In this document: positions 62,101 to 64,000 of the stretch, piece by piece
Layout of the letters: the number at the start of each line of letters is the position of its first letter
Numbering within the stretch: the stretch's first letter is position 1
NCBI GenBank assembly: GCA_013239625.1
Contig: MU053379.1
Location: 4,173,229 to 4,237,228 of the forward strand
Source of the DNA: Lama guanicoe
Lineage: Eukaryota
DNA length: 64,000 nucleotides
Direction of reading: 5' to 3'
The notes under the pieces: model-generated
Databases searched by the model: none
What the model was told of the DNA's origin: nothing
The model's input: only the letters and a program-made list of their open reading frames with translations
Position numbers and translations under genes: made by a program

Positions 62101-64000
62101 TGTCCTGCCGGCGGTCCACCTTGTTCAGGGAAGAGAACCAGCCACGAGAGCCGCAGCCGGGCCTGGAGGGCGGCGGGCGCGCTCCCCGGTCGGCCTTGGG
62201 CGCGCTGGAGAAAGGCGCCAGGGAAGGAGGGAAGGGGCCGCCCAGGGCCCCCACACACGGAGGTGCCCGGAAGGCTGACCCTGGCAATTACCGGGACCGG
62301 TATCTGCCCTTGGGGTTTAGGATCTGGCTGACTGCGGCGAGGACGGGAACAACTTTCCAGCTAGGGTGTCGGGCACTTTCGATGGGCCGGGACCCAGCGC
62401 GCCTTACGTCCAGGCGAAATGCCAAACCGACCGAGCCGGCGGGGGCCTCTCACAAGCCGGATGCCCAGCCGCTGTAGAATGCAGAACCCCAAGGGAGAAT
62501 GCAGAGTTCGGGGAGGGGGCGTCTGGTAGACCCCGGAGGAAGGACACCTTTTCCTTCCCTGTCCCCTGAAGCCCAGGGTCCTGCGGTATCAACTGGCAGC
62601 CTCGGGACCACTGGTTTTCTGAGCAGGCGCCTTCCCGCAGGCGGCGGACAGATGCGGTCGGTTCTATCCGGCCCCCACAACCCGGTGCCCCGGAGCCAGT
62701 GCGGGGCGGGGAGTGGGTGACGAACGGCCTCACGGCCAGGTTTAGACTTCCCCTCCTGGACCTGGCCTGCGGCCCCAAGGCTCCCGGATACGCCCGCGGT
62801 CGCGCGCGCTGTGCGCACAGGCCGTCAGCCCTTCTTTCGGCAAGAACGCAGTTCCCTCGCCGCTCGGAAAGGCGCGGGCCCTCCCCGGCTCCCGAGGCCA
62901 GGGCCCCTACCGCTGCCTGGGCCGCAGGGCTTCCCTGAACCGCCTAGACAGGACTCGAGCCCGTGCGCGCCGCGGAACGGCCGCCCACTCCGGGCCACCG
63001 TTCCGCAGCCTACCGGTACCAGGGCGCCGTTCCCCGCCGCCCCCAGCCCGGGCTCTGAGGCCAAGGGAGGCCCCCATTCCCGCCCCGCCACTGTCCTGGG
63101 GCGACTACGGCCCTCGGATCGAATCCCCAGCCCGGAACGGATGTAGGGGCTCCACTAAACTTCCCAACGGTGCTCCGGGCCCCGGTTGCAGCCCAAGTGT
63201 GTAGCTTTTGGAAACCCCATCCTCCCACCCGGAACATTCTCAGAATTCCCCGCCAAAAAAACCACCTCCCCAACCCCAGGGTCTCCCTTGACTTGGCTTC
63301 TCGCCCCTCTTCCCGCCCCCTCACCAGGCCTCGGAGCTCCGAGAAGGGAGAGGGGCTGGCTGGGGGAGGGGAGGCGCGCGGACGAGAGTGGGGGGCGGAC
63401 GCTCGGCGGGGACCCGGCGCGGCCCCCGAGTGGGCGCGCTCCCTACCTGCGGGGCGGCGGGCGGCGGCGGCGGCGGCGGCGGAGCGTCCAGCGCGCGGAG
63501 GGAGGCGGCCGACTGCTCCGAGCCGAGGCATCCCCGCATTTATTTGAGCTCAAACCCAGCGACTGTTGACTTTAGCACACAAAGCAAAGATTTCACTGCC
63601 CGCTAGTTTAAAAATGAATATTTTACCAAGATATCGATCAGCGTTATAAAATTCAGTTAAGTACAATGGGATCCTGGCAAAAAAAAAAAAAAAGAATAAT
63701 AAAGGAGGGGGAGGCAATATGATATCTGTGCAAATTTGCCGAAGTGTGACGTGGCAGGGCAAGTTTACCCTCCTGGAATTCGGATCTACAATGTTTTTTT
63801 CGGTTGTTTACTGACTGTTTATTCACAGATCACGGTTGCTTAAACCCGCGTGCGGATGGCGCGGGGAAAAGGAAGAAAAAGAGGGAGAGAGAGGGGAAAG
63901 GAGCGGCGCGCCGGACCACGCAGAGCCGGGGGACGCGGGCGGAGGGCGGTCTGAGCGCCAGCCAGCCGGGCCCGGCGGGGGGGAGGGGCGGGGGAGGGGG
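61870..64000. promoter_or_regulatory. Large CpG island, probable promoter of a gene starting just beyond the window
   Basis: >2 kb of CpG-dense sequence running off the right edge; GC boxes and G-tracts at 63978-64000; embedded AT-rich motif block at 63540-63845; (GGC)7 at 63460-63480. Confidence 0.85.

Noticed and set aside
1..64000. Hundreds of 60-300 aa ORFs in the ORF track
   Set aside because: They overlap on both strands, are Pro/Arg/Gly/Ala-rich and show no recognisable domains, as expected by chance in GC-rich mammalian DNA. Only the L1 ORF2 fragments are real coding remnants.
1..64000. CRISPR array, operon, or prokaryotic defence/RT system
   Set aside because: No repeat-spacer array and no gene-dense coding; the sequence is clearly mammalian, and the only RT-related sequence is dead LINE-1/LINE-2.

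Overview
Mammalian non-coding genomic DNA, very probably from a camelid: it has three tRNA-Ala-derived Vic-1-type SINEs and I see no Alu or ruminant Bov-A/Bov-B elements. The window is GC- and CpG-rich. I find no credible protein-coding gene; the only real coding remnants are broken LINE-1 ORF2 fragments, and the other ORFs look like GC-rich chance ORFs. Positions ~1-41 kb are rich in transposon relics (L1, L2, MIR, MER33/Charlie, MaLR and ERVL LTRs). These include a 2.3-kb 5'-inverted L1 with target-site duplications (TSDs), an internal deletion and a 118-bp tandem duplication. From ~41 kb to the end I recognise no transposons; instead there are AT-rich motif-dense blocks resembling enhancers and two CpG islands (53.6-54.5 kb; 61.9-64 kb, running off the edge). 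This looks like the upstream regulatory domain of a developmental transcription factor gene starting just past the window. FOXF1 with its divergent lncRNA FENDRR is my best unverified guess. Several well-formed minus-strand candidate exons are consistent with a spliced lncRNA. I found no evidence of a novel multi-gene system.
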